NCBI GenBank assembly: GCA_041690105.1 | Contig: JAWLHX010000002.1 | Coordinates: 25,345-89,344, forward strand | Source of the DNA: Phycisphaerae bacterium | GTDB taxonomy: Bacteria; Planctomycetota; Phycisphaerae; FEN-1346; JAACEH01 | Reading direction: 5' to 3' | Length of the DNA: 64,000 nucleotides | In this document: positions 55,716-64,000 of the stretch, piece after piece | How positions within the stretch are numbered: position 1 is the stretch's first letter | How the letters are laid out: each line of letters starts with the position of its first letter | Program-made: the position numbers and the translations under genes | Notes under the pieces: model-generated | Told to the model about the DNA's origin: nothing | What the model saw: the letters and a program-made list of their open reading frames with translations, nothing else | Database searches by the model: none

Positions 55716-58472
55716 TCACTCTGCCAGGAGGTTTGCCAGGACCCGTTCGGCTACTGGATCGCAGCCGGCGCCGTCACGGGTGATGCGCTGGCGAACCTTG
55801 AGTTGGCAGAAGATGATCTCTCCCTTTTCCAGCGGCAGGCTGAGGACGGCCGTGTAGACCGGGCGTGAAGCCCAGATAATCTTCCGGCCTTTCTCCAGGG
55901 CCGGACTGCCTTCAAGAAGGACCTCGTTGGCAATGGTGCCCGGCAGTCCATTCCAGCGCCACAGCCACTCGGCCGGGATGTCGCGGAGTATCGCATGTGA
56001 TTCTCCCTCGAAAACATGAGCCCGCGAGGTGACGACGGGATTGCGATGGGTAAACTCCGGCAGACCGATATGGCAATCGGCCAGTTCCTTCCAAGTCCAT
56101 TCGGCCCGGTCGGCCACTACCACGCGTCCACCAGCGGCCGCAAATTCCTTGAGCGCAGGCACGGCTTTCTTTTCCTCCACGTCACGCCACAAGGGGGAAC
56201 CGTTCCAGAGGAGGACCACATCGGCCTCAACCTTGGCGGTGGTCAATGTGGTCACGACTTCAGCCCCGGCCGCCTTGAGCCAATCGACGACCACGTTGTC
56301 GGCCGCCAGGACCAGCACCCGGCGACCCTTGAGTCGCTGGAGCGTTTTCGTTCGATCCACTGCATGGATGGTTCGCTGGCTGACCACCGGGGCGGCACCG
56401 TCGCGTTCCAGGACGGCCGCCAGGTAGTAGCTGCCTTCGGCCTCGGGCGCCTGCCACGTAATGGTGTGCCGGTCGAAGCTGCCGGCCTTCAGCGTGATTT
56501 CCATTTTCCGGGACCAAACGGCTGCCGCCAGAGCTTCGGCGTCGGGAATAAACAGAGGATTGGCCGGCGTGACCACGATACTCACGCGGGCTTGCACATC
56601 GGCATGGGTCTCGTTGATCAGCACCAGGTCCGACGAGACGGCCTGTCCGGCGGCGTAGTTGCGATCGAAAACATCCAAGCTGGCCAGCACCGGAGACATG
56701 GCGCTGTGCAGCGCAGCGGCCATGGGCGTCGGGTAGTCTTCTCGCCAGTTCATCCTGCCGCCCAGGCGGGTCCAGCCAGCGTACATGTAGGGCAGCAGGC
56801 AGTCGAACTGGAGCCGTCGCATGGCCTCGGTGTGCTCGGTGGCGCACTCGGCGAAAGCGAGCGGGAAATCGGGGTGTTTCTCGCGGCCCAGCCAACGGCC
56901 GGAAGGATCCCACATGATGTTCATATATTCGGTGTTGGTAAGCGGGCGGGCGGGGTCCCTGCGGGCCATGCGTTCGGTCATGTCGACGATCAGTTGCCCC
57001 TCTGAATCGCGGTTGACGTTGAAGCAGGTGTGAATGTCGACCATGTCAGGCGTGCCGACGACGTCTTCACCGGTGCGCATGCAGAGCCTGGTGGGATCGA
57101 GCGTCCTGGCCGACTGGTAGAGCGGGCCGGCTTCCCATTCATTATCAAGCCGCGATTCGTTGCTGAGCACCCAGATGATGACCGATGGGTGATTCCAGAG
57201 TTTCGTGATCCAGCCCTCGGTGTCGAGCAAGGTGTTCTTGTGCAGGACTTCGAGTTCTTCCGGCGTGTACCCGAAATCGGCGTGATTGTAGAGCAGCGGC
57301 GTTTCGGCCAGAATCATCATGCCATGGGTGTCGGCAATGTCGAGCCAGGCGGTAGGCGGCGGCTGGGTGTGGGTGCGAAAACAGTTCAGGCTCATGGCGC
57401 GGGCCTCGTCGATGATGTACTGCTTGGCGTTCTGGTTGAATTTGTCACCCCAGAGCCATTCGTTGACCAGGTTCGACCCGCGGAGCCAGAGCGGGCGGCC
57501 GTTGAGAGCGAAGCGGCCGTCATTTACCGTGACCTGCCGCATGCCGAAGTTGAACGTCACCTTGTCACATGGCTTGTCCTCGGTCGAAGCAACGAGTTCG
57601 GCCTCGTAAAGATGCGGAGTGTTGGGTGTCCATGGCACAACGCTTGGCAGGGTCACGGTGATCTCCGTCGGCATGTCGCCGATGCCGGCGGGCTCCAGCC
57701 GCAAGACACCACGGCCGAGTGCCTCGGTACCGCCGGCATCGCGGATGGTTACCGCCAGTTCGACGGGGGCTGCAAGCTTCTCGGCCGCAACCGGCCAGAT
57801 GCGGAACGTCACTGACTTCGCGGCCACGTCGGGCATGGCCAGCACGCGATTCAGGTACAGTCGGTCGTAGAACTCCAGCCAGATATCCTGGTAGACAGCG
57901 GGCCCCTTCCCTCCCCAGCCCTGAGTCGCACCGCCCGTGGGCGTGAGCGGAAATCCGCTCTTGCTCCTGGGCACTCCAGCCCAGCCAGGAATCTTCAGGA
58001 CGATCTCGTTGCGGCCGACTTTAAGCGTGCCCCTGGGCACCAGGGCTGTGTGCGGGCCCACCGGCACGTGCTCGGTGATCAACTGCCCGTTGATCCAGGC
58101 TGTGGCCCCAAATTTGATGCCACCCCACTTGAGGACGACGTCACGGGAAGCCTGCGCCGCATTGATGTCGAACGAGCGCCGCAGCCAAACAAACTCCGTC
58201 TTTTCAGCCAGTTGACGGACGGCTGCCGCATCCTGCCCCTCCTCGGGCTGCATCAGGTTGCCGGAAGGCACTTCGACCACTTTCCACGGCCCCAATTCCT
58301 CGGCCACATCGGCTTTCCAGACTTCACGATCCCCGTTCTCCAGCAGTCGCGACCAGGCGCCGACCAGGCTCAAGGCATCCCTCTGGTGATCCAGCGACAG
58401 TTCGTCTGCGATGGCGGCAGTATTCAGGAAACACATGCAGAAGAGACACAACAATAGGGCTTTGCGGGTCAC
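55716..58472 (-). CDS. Secreted glycoside hydrolase family 2 protein
   Basis: Signal peptide, WINGQ, WTP.TPHLY, FGMRQV, FALNGRP, NCFRTH, NHPSVIIW..SNE, TEY. Confidence 0.88.
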   Translation of the reverse strand: MTRKALLLCLFCMCFLNTAAIADELSLDHQRDALSLVGAWSRLLENGDREVWKADVAEELGPWKVVEVPSGNLMQPEEGQDAAAVRQLAEKTEFVWLRRSFDINAAQASRDVVLKWGGIKFGATAWINGQLITEHVPVGPHTALVPRGTLKVGRNEIVLKIPGWAGVPRSKSGFPLTPTGGATQGWGGKGPAVYQDIWLEFYDRLYLNRVLAMPDVAAKSVTFRIWPVAAEKLAAPVELAVTIRDAGGTEALGRGVLRLEPAGIGDMPTEITVTLPSVVPWTPNTPHLYEAELVASTEDKPCDKVTFNFGMRQVTVNDGRFALNGRPLWLRGSNLVNEWLWGDKFNQNAKQYIIDEARAMSLNCFRTHTQPPPTAWLDIADTHGMMILAETPLLYNHADFGYTPEELEVLHKNTLLDTEGWITKLWNHPSVIIWVLSNESRLDNEWEAGPLYQSARTLDPTRLCMRTGEDVVGTPDMVDIHTCFNVNRDSEGQLIVDMTERMARRDPARPLTNTEYMNIMWDPSGRWLGREKHPDFPLAFAECATEHTEAMRRLQFDCLLPYMYAGWTRLGGRMNWREDYPTPMAAALHSAMSPVLASLDVFDRNYAAGQAVSSDLVLINETHADVQARVSIVVTPANPLFIPDAEALAAAVWSRKMEITLKAGSFDRHTITWQAPEAEGSYYLAAVLERDGAAPVVSQRTIHAVDRTKTLQRLKGRRVLVLAADNVVVDWLKAAGAEVVTTLTTAKVEADVVLLWNGSPLWRDVEEKKAVPALKEFAAAGGRVVVADRAEWTWKELADCHIGLPEFTHRNPVVTSRAHVFEGESHAILRDIPAEWLWRWNGLPGTIANEVLLEGSPALEKGRKIIWASRPVYTAVLSLPLEKGEIIFCQLKVRQRITRDGAGCDPVAERVLANLLAE

Positions 58473-58647
58473 CGGATACTCCTCACATTTGACAGGATAA
58501 CAGAGTTCTGATCTCGGACGACACGGGACATCAGTGTACCCGCTGCCACCGAGGCGTCAACAGCGTTCCTTATCCTGCCCCGAGCGGATGATCAGGGCGC
58601 TGCGCCGTCGGGCCGTGCGTTCAAAAGAGTATCGTCCGCCGATGGAA

Positions 58648-59757
58648 TTAGAGGACTGACGACCAGTCGCCTTCGGGTAGGTCGCCGCGCATTACTGGCC
58701 GGCGCGGGCTGAATGGTTCGCGTAAGCCATATTCGAGGAACGTTTCGACCGTGACGTAGAAGGTCTCCAGCGATTCGTCAAAACTCCAGTCGTCTACGGC
58801 CGACTGTTCGAATATCGGCGACAGGGCGCCGCTGGCCATCATGCAGGCTGCGCCCAGGCCGATGCCGGTGCGCTGCTCGAACGGATGTGCGGCGGCAGGT
58901 CTCAGGCCGGCTCGCTCCAGTGCGTCGTGCACTCGCTGCTTGTACTGGTGAGTACGCACGACATGGAATGGATAGGCCATGAGCGGGGCGCCGAGAATAA
59001 CGCCTCCGGCCGCGTGGCTGTGCATGTGGAGGACCAGGTCGGCCTGCTCCTGGGCGACAAGGTTCAGCAGGGCGCGTGCTTCGGCCGTTCTGATGTCGGC
59101 GGGATTGGCATCGTGCATGATGTTATATCCATCGGCCGTGTGGTAGCCGCCCGGATGGGCGACCTTTTCCAGCGGCAAGGGCCACCATTTTTTGCAGGCC
59201 GGGTAACCGACCGGCGTGCCATCGTTCCAGACGCCCTGGCTGACCAGGCGGAATTCATCCATGGTCGCCCCGCGCAGGTGGTCGGGGCTCACTGCTCGTC
59301 CATCCATGTTGACGCAGGGCAGCATGATCAGCCGATATTTCTGGGCCAGTTCGACCAGTTGGGGGCGGGGCGTGCCGCGGAGGTCGTGACCGGTTTCAAG
59401 CAGGGCCGACAGATTGATTATGCCGGCGGTGGCTTCGGGCTCCGCTGCGTGTACGCCGCCAACAAGCACGACTACCTGCGGATCGCCCTCGGCGGAGGTC
59501 TTATAGGTTGACGGATCGCCGGAGTTTGAGCCGATGGCCCAGCTTGCCTGGCCGGGCCGAGTTTGCGGCTTGCCGTAGGCCACAGACCATATGGGGTGAC
59601 CGGCGGCGCTGGTGGCGATAGTGGCGGCCTGGCCGGTTTTTACGCGAGCCATTGCGGCCGATATCTGGTCAACTCGCACCTGCCACCAGTCCGGCGTCGG
59701 CTGAAGCTGATCGACGGGCAATTGCGGGTAATCGTGCTTTAAATGCTGCTGCGTCAT
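58648..59757 (-). CDS. M14-family zinc carboxypeptidase-like protein
   Basis: GGVHAAE, PCVNMDGR, LHMHSH, FEQ; AAGGAG RBS. Confidence 0.78.
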   Translation of the reverse strand: MTQQHLKHDYPQLPVDQLQPTPDWWQVRVDQISAAMARVKTGQAATIATSAAGHPIWSVAYGKPQTRPGQASWAIGSNSGDPSTYKTSAEGDPQVVVLVGGVHAAEPEATAGIINLSALLETGHDLRGTPRPQLVELAQKYRLIMLPCVNMDGRAVSPDHLRGATMDEFRLVSQGVWNDGTPVGYPACKKWWPLPLEKVAHPGGYHTADGYNIMHDANPADIRTAEARALLNLVAQEQADLVLHMHSHAAGGVILGAPLMAYPFHVVRTHQYKQRVHDALERAGLRPAAAHPFEQRTGIGLGAACMMASGALSPIFEQSAVDDWSFDESLETFYVTVETFLEYGLREPFSPRRPVMRGDLPEGDWSSVL

Positions 59758-59771
59758 GATGCTCTCCTTGT

Positions 59772-60623
59772 TCAGGTTGATTGTGCCTCAACCGCCCGCC
59801 TGAAGGCGGTGGCCAGCAGGTTTGTCAATTGGCCGGGGGTGCCCTGGCCGATGGTGATGGCGTCGCCGGAAGATTGGTCGGCGCACTTTAAATCCAGTTG
59901 CGTCACGGGCAGCAACTCCATGAGAGAGTTGGTCAGGAAGATTTCGTCGGCGCGGGGCAAATCGTCCGGAGTCAAAGTCTCTTCGCCGTAATCAACGCCC
60001 TGCTCCGCCGCCAGTTCGAGCACCACCTGGCGAGTAATGCCGGGCAGGCATCCGCTGCTGATCGGGGGCGTCAGCAGGCGTTTATCCCGTACCAGGAAGA
60101 CGTTGCTCACGCATCCTTCGGACAGATGGCCGGCGGTGTTGAATCGCAGGCAGTCAATGTATCCGCACTGGCGGGCCCGGCGCAGCAGAATCATATTGGT
60201 CCAGTAGCTTGTGGTTTTGTGCCCGGCGGTGGGGCTGTGCTCGTCGATGCGGGAATCGGTCACCATGACGGCAGCGCCCTGGCGATATAACTGCGGATCG
60301 TATGGCTGCAGGGGCTCGACCGTCACAAGTGATGTGCCGGAGGAGGTTATGGTAATGCGAGCGCGAGCATCGTGCAGGTCGTTCGCTTCGAGCAATTGCT
60401 GGAGAATGTGCGACATGTCGTCGGTGGCTGAGGGCACGGGCACTTCCAGGGCCGCGGCCGAGTTTTTGAGCCGGCTGATATGGTCGTCCAGCCTGAAGGC
60501 CCGTCGGTTGTAGATGCGCAGAGTCTCGAACAGTCCTTCGCCGCGCAGCAGGCCGCCATCGGCCGGGCAGAGACAGGCCTTTGAAGGTTGCACGACTTCG
60601 CCGTTGAAATAGATGACGGCCAT
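59772..60623 (-). CDS. pabC: Class IV PLP enzyme, probable 4-amino-4-deoxychorismate lyase
   Basis: GEGLFET, HISRL, HKT, EGCVSNVF, LPGITR, FLTNS; directly downstream of pabB. Confidence 0.8.
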   Translation of the reverse strand: MAVIYFNGEVVQPSKACLCPADGGLLRGEGLFETLRIYNRRAFRLDDHISRLKNSAAALEVPVPSATDDMSHILQQLLEANDLHDARARITITSSGTSLVTVEPLQPYDPQLYRQGAAVMVTDSRIDEHSPTAGHKTTSYWTNMILLRRARQCGYIDCLRFNTAGHLSEGCVSNVFLVRDKRLLTPPISSGCLPGITRQVVLELAAEQGVDYGEETLTPDDLPRADEIFLTNSLMELLPVTQLDLKCADQSSGDAITIGQGTPGQLTNLLATAFRRAVEAQST

Positions 60624-60635
60624 GCGGCTGATGTC

Positions 60636-62195
60636 CTAAAAAGCGGGCAGCGCAACGCCCAGGGCTTCGAGCATGCTGCGGGCTTTGGCCAGAGTCTCGT
60701 CGTACTCGGCGGCCGGGTCGGAGTCGGCCACAATGCCGCCGCCAACCTGCAGGTGCACGCGGTCATTGTCCACAATCAGGGTCCTTATGGCAATGTTCAA
60801 GCACAAAGAACCCTGCAGGCCGATGCAGCCGATTGCACCGGTGTAGACGCTGCGGGCCACCGGTTCCAGCTCGTCGATAATCTGCATGGCCCTGACCTTC
60901 GGCGCTCCGGTTATGGAGCCTCCGGGAAAACTGGCCCGCAGGAGATCGACCAGATCGAACCGGCTGTTCAGCTGGCCTTCAACCTGGGCGACACTGTGAA
61001 ATACCGAGGCATAGGCTTCAATCACTCGCGGCTGCGTAACGCGGACGGTGCCATAGTCGCAGACGCGACCGAGGTCGTTTCGCTGCAGATCGACAATCAT
61101 CACCAGTTCGGCGTCGTCCTTGGTGCTGGCGACGAGTTGCTGCAGCATTCGCTGGTTGAACTGCTCGTCGCTCGGCCGTCGCGGGCGGGTGCCTTTTATG
61201 GGTCGCGTGATGACGTGGCCTTGGTTCAGGTCGAGAAAGAGCTCGGGCGAGCTGGAGAGAACCGCCCAGTTTTCGGCGGCGATGAACGCTGCGTACGGTG
61301 CCGGGTTGGTCCGTCTGAGGCGGCGGTACAGGTCGACGGGCCGCCGGCCGGACAAGGGGGCGGAGAATCTCTGCGACAGGTTAGCCTGAAAGATGTCGCC
61401 TGCGTCAATGTAATCGATTGTGCGGGCGACGGCCCGGCAATAGGCATCGCGGGTAAAGGTGGATTCGAGCTGATCAAGAGCGGTGGTGGCGGGGGCGATA
61501 TTTTCGGCGTTGCTGGGGCCACGCGCTTCATCGGCAGAGGCCGACTTGCCTGTGTCGAGATCGGCCATCAGTTGCTGCCATTGGTCCAGCAGTTGCCGCG
61601 GATTGCGCCCGCCGATGTCAGTTGCAACAATCGTCGCCTGGTGCCTGTGGTGATCGATTACGAGCAGGTGATCGTAGAAGCCCCAATGCATGTCGGGCAG
61701 ACTGGTGTCGCGTCGGGCCAGGCCGGGAAGCCGCTCGACGTAGCGTCCGACCTCGTAACCGAGAAAGCCTATGGCGGCCGAGACGGCGGGCAGATGTCCC
61801 AGCCCTGCCCCGGCCTGGGCAGCAGGGTCTAGATGATACTCCCGCAGCATGCCTCGCAAGGCCCGCAGCGGATGGTTGCCGGCATCGGTGGCTTCACCGC
61901 CAGCAGCGGATTGGCTGACTGACGGCGGCGGGGCTGGCGCGGCCGGGGTCGTAGGCGCGGGCGCATGTGCGGTCGCGGTTGCCTGGCTCGCTCTGACAAC
62001 TGTGCTACGCCCGTCGCGGTGGCACAGCAGCCGGAAAGGGTTGAAGGCGGCGACAGTCCAGCGACAAAGGTGCGAAGGTCCGCCGGCCGAGTCGAGCAGT
62101 GCCGGCAACGGCTCCAGGGCCAGGCGGGCCACCAGGCGGTCGATGTCGGGGGTGGCAACGGTGCGGCTGATGATTTTGGCGGCCGGCCGGTTCAT
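60636..62195 (-). CDS. pabB: Aminodeoxychorismate synthase component I
   Basis: LLDSA, GDIFQANLS, SSSPELFL, TRPIKGTR, AELVMIVDL.RND, SFPGGSITGAPK. Confidence 0.9.
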   Translation of the reverse strand: MNRPAAKIISRTVATPDIDRLVARLALEPLPALLDSAGGPSHLCRWTVAAFNPFRLLCHRDGRSTVVRASQATATAHAPAPTTPAAPAPPPSVSQSAAGGEATDAGNHPLRALRGMLREYHLDPAAQAGAGLGHLPAVSAAIGFLGYEVGRYVERLPGLARRDTSLPDMHWGFYDHLLVIDHHRHQATIVATDIGGRNPRQLLDQWQQLMADLDTGKSASADEARGPSNAENIAPATTALDQLESTFTRDAYCRAVARTIDYIDAGDIFQANLSQRFSAPLSGRRPVDLYRRLRRTNPAPYAAFIAAENWAVLSSSPELFLDLNQGHVITRPIKGTRPRRPSDEQFNQRMLQQLVASTKDDAELVMIVDLQRNDLGRVCDYGTVRVTQPRVIEAYASVFHSVAQVEGQLNSRFDLVDLLRASFPGGSITGAPKVRAMQIIDELEPVARSVYTGAIGCIGLQGSLCLNIAIRTLIVDNDRVHLQVGGGIVADSDPAAEYDETLAKARSMLEALGVALPAF

Positions 62196-63184
62196 TCCTG
62201 ATGCTCGAAGAATTCCTGCAGCACCTGCTCGAACTGTTCGGCGGTGGTCATGCGGCCAAGGGCCAGTCTCGATTCCTTGGCCCGGCTGATGCCCTTACTG
62301 TAGAACATGCCGAATCGGCGCATGACGCGGATGGCCGAGTAGGCGCCTATCTCTTCGATGAGCAGCCTGTAGTGATTGCGCATGATGTCGGCCCGTTCGG
62401 CGGCAGCTACCTGCGGCGGCTCCTGCTGGTCGCCCATGGCCAGCACCTCGCGGAAAATCCACGGCGAGCCAATTGCTCCTCGGGCAATGCTGACTCCGGC
62501 CAGGTGCGGCGTGGTCAGGCGGTCGATTACATCGTGAGCGGTCATCAGGTCGCCACTACCGAAGATGGGGATATCGACAAGTTGCGCCAGGTGGCTGATG
62601 GCTTCCCAGTCGGCCTTGCCATGGTATATCTGCTGCACCGTGCGACCATGAATTGTGGCTGCGTTTATGCCCAGCCGGGCCGCTCCGGTCAAAATCTGCT
62701 GAACCATGGCGGCGCTTTCGGGAGTGTCGTCGAAGGCCCGGCGAATTTTGATGGTCAGCGGTAAGCTGGTAGCCCGACGGACGGCCTCTATCTGGGCCAG
62801 GGCCAGGTCTGCGTTTTTGAGCATGGCTCCGCCGTTGCCGCGAGCGAGCATCTTCCGCACCGGGCAAGCCAGGTTCAGGTCGACGAGGTCGAAGCAGCCC
62901 AGTTCTTCGGCCCGGGCTGCGGCGTCGGCCACCATGGCGGCATCGGCTCCGAATATCTGGATGCCAAGCGGATGGTCTTCTTCGACAATGGCCAGCAGCT
63001 TGCGCGTAATGCGGCCTGGTCGCAGCACTTCGTAGGCGCTGATCATCTCGGTAAAGGTCAGGGCGGCGCCCATCTGGCGGGCAATCAGTCGCTGGGCTCG
63101 CTGCGTATAGCCGGCCAGAGGAGCCATGAGCAGATTGTTCGGCAGGCTGAGCGAGCCGATGTTAATTGGTCGAACCAGTTTCAT
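62192..63184 (-). CDS. dusB: tRNA-dihydrouridine synthase (DusB-like)
   Basis: MAPLAG, TEMIS, QIFG, DLNLACP, TIKIR, IHGRT, ARGA.G.PW.F; ATGA overlap with pabB. Confidence 0.9.
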   Translation of the reverse strand: MKLVRPINIGSLSLPNNLLMAPLAGYTQRAQRLIARQMGAALTFTEMISAYEVLRPGRITRKLLAIVEEDHPLGIQIFGADAAMVADAAARAEELGCFDLVDLNLACPVRKMLARGNGGAMLKNADLALAQIEAVRRATSLPLTIKIRRAFDDTPESAAMVQQILTGAARLGINAATIHGRTVQQIYHGKADWEAISHLAQLVDIPIFGSGDLMTAHDVIDRLTTPHLAGVSIARGAIGSPWIFREVLAMGDQQEPPQVAAAERADIMRNHYRLLIEEIGAYSAIRVMRRFGMFYSKGISRAKESRLALGRMTTAEQFEQVLQEFFEHQE

Positions 63185-63272
63185 GGGCAATCTTTTTGCC
63201 CGAGACGGGGCCGAAAGTCAAGCGCCGATGCCTTTTTGGGCGGCAATTTCGGCCATGTTATATGCAAAGGCT

Positions 63273-63302
63273 TTGACACCACTGGCCGCCGGCGGTTAGA
63301 AT
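63273..63302 (+). promoter_or_regulatory. Sigma70 promoter of the TPR lipoprotein gene
   Basis: TTGACA-N18-TAGAAT. Confidence 0.65.
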
Positions 63303-63364
63303 CTGCGGACAATTCGTCCTCTTAGCAATTCGGGCATTCCTTACAACGTTGAGGGAATAAAAAG

Positions 63365-64000
63365 ATGAACGCGAAAAGCATCATGATTCTGCTGCTGCTG
63401 GCTGGTTCGGCGGCCTTCAGCGGTTGTGCCGACGGCAACGACAACCAGGCTCTGTACCACAATGGCATGGGCATTCTGCTCTATAACGAAGAGCAGCACG
63501 ATGCGGCTCTGAATGAATTTCTGGAAGCCGTGCGACTGGATAACGAGATGGCCATCGCCCACGCCAAGATCGGCGACATCTATCGCGAAAAGGGCGACCT
63601 GGAAATGGCCATCAGGCCCTACCAGCAGGCCATACTGCTTTTGCCGCTGGAATTCGAGTACCGTTTCAACCTGGGCACCGTCTACCAGTACCTTGGGCGC
63701 TATGGCGAGGCTGTGGACACTTACGTGGGGGCGTCGGATCTTCGGCCGCGCCATGTCTCCACGCGGGTCAACATGAGCTACTGCTATTTCAATCTGCAGG
63801 ATTACCAGAACGCCCTGGCCCAGTGCCGCAAGGCGGTGGATCTTGATCCGGAGAACAGCGACGCCTGGAGCAACATGGGGGCTTTGTCCGATTTGACGGG
63901 CGATCAGTTCGCCGCCATCAGCGCCTACAAGCGAGCCATTGAGCTTAACCCGGAGCAGACGGCCGCTTACATCAACCTGGGCACGCTGTACATGAAGCAG
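63365..64000 (+). CDS. TPR-repeat lipoprotein, truncated at the window end (not in the ORF track)
   Basis: Own translation MNAKSIMILLLLAGSAAFSGC..., then TPR units (AHAKIGDIY, YRFNLGTVY, AWSNMGAL, AYINLGTLY); open to the window edge. Confidence 0.9.
   Translation, partial: MNAKSIMILLLLAGSAAFSGCADGNDNQALYHNGMGILLYNEEQHDAALNEFLEAVRLDNEMAIAHAKIGDIYREKGDLEMAIRPYQQAILLLPLEFEYRFNLGTVYQYLGRYGEAVDTYVGASDLRPRHVSTRVNMSYCYFNLQDYQNALAQCRKAVDLDPENSDAWSNMGALSDLTGDQFAAISAYKRAIELNPEQTAAYINLGTLYMKQ

Overview
GC-rich bacterial chromosomal segment with about 40 protein genes and one tRNA-Gly(CCC). Gene content (DUF4159 protein, C-terminal dockerin, sulfatase, heparinase II/III, GH2, REP families, glycyl radical enzyme) suggests an anaerobic Planctomycetota/PVC organism; this is inference. 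Housekeeping genes (carB, aspS, galE, mltA, dusB, pabB/pabC, RluA, phoA, yghZ) are mixed with secreted glycan-related proteins. I saw no transposase, integrase, phage gene or CRISPR array. The best candidates for an undescribed system are (i) a translationally coupled GT2 / BshC-like / TIM-barrel epimerase operon facing a DedA / PIG-L deacetylase pair, and (ii) an operon of a QueG/RdhA-like Fe-S protein, a U32 Fe-S protein and a sulfatase, followed by single and tandem SIS proteins. Also notable are a glycyl radical enzyme with an atypical GCWE Cys loop and nested REP doublets. All family calls come from visual motif recognition, not database searches.
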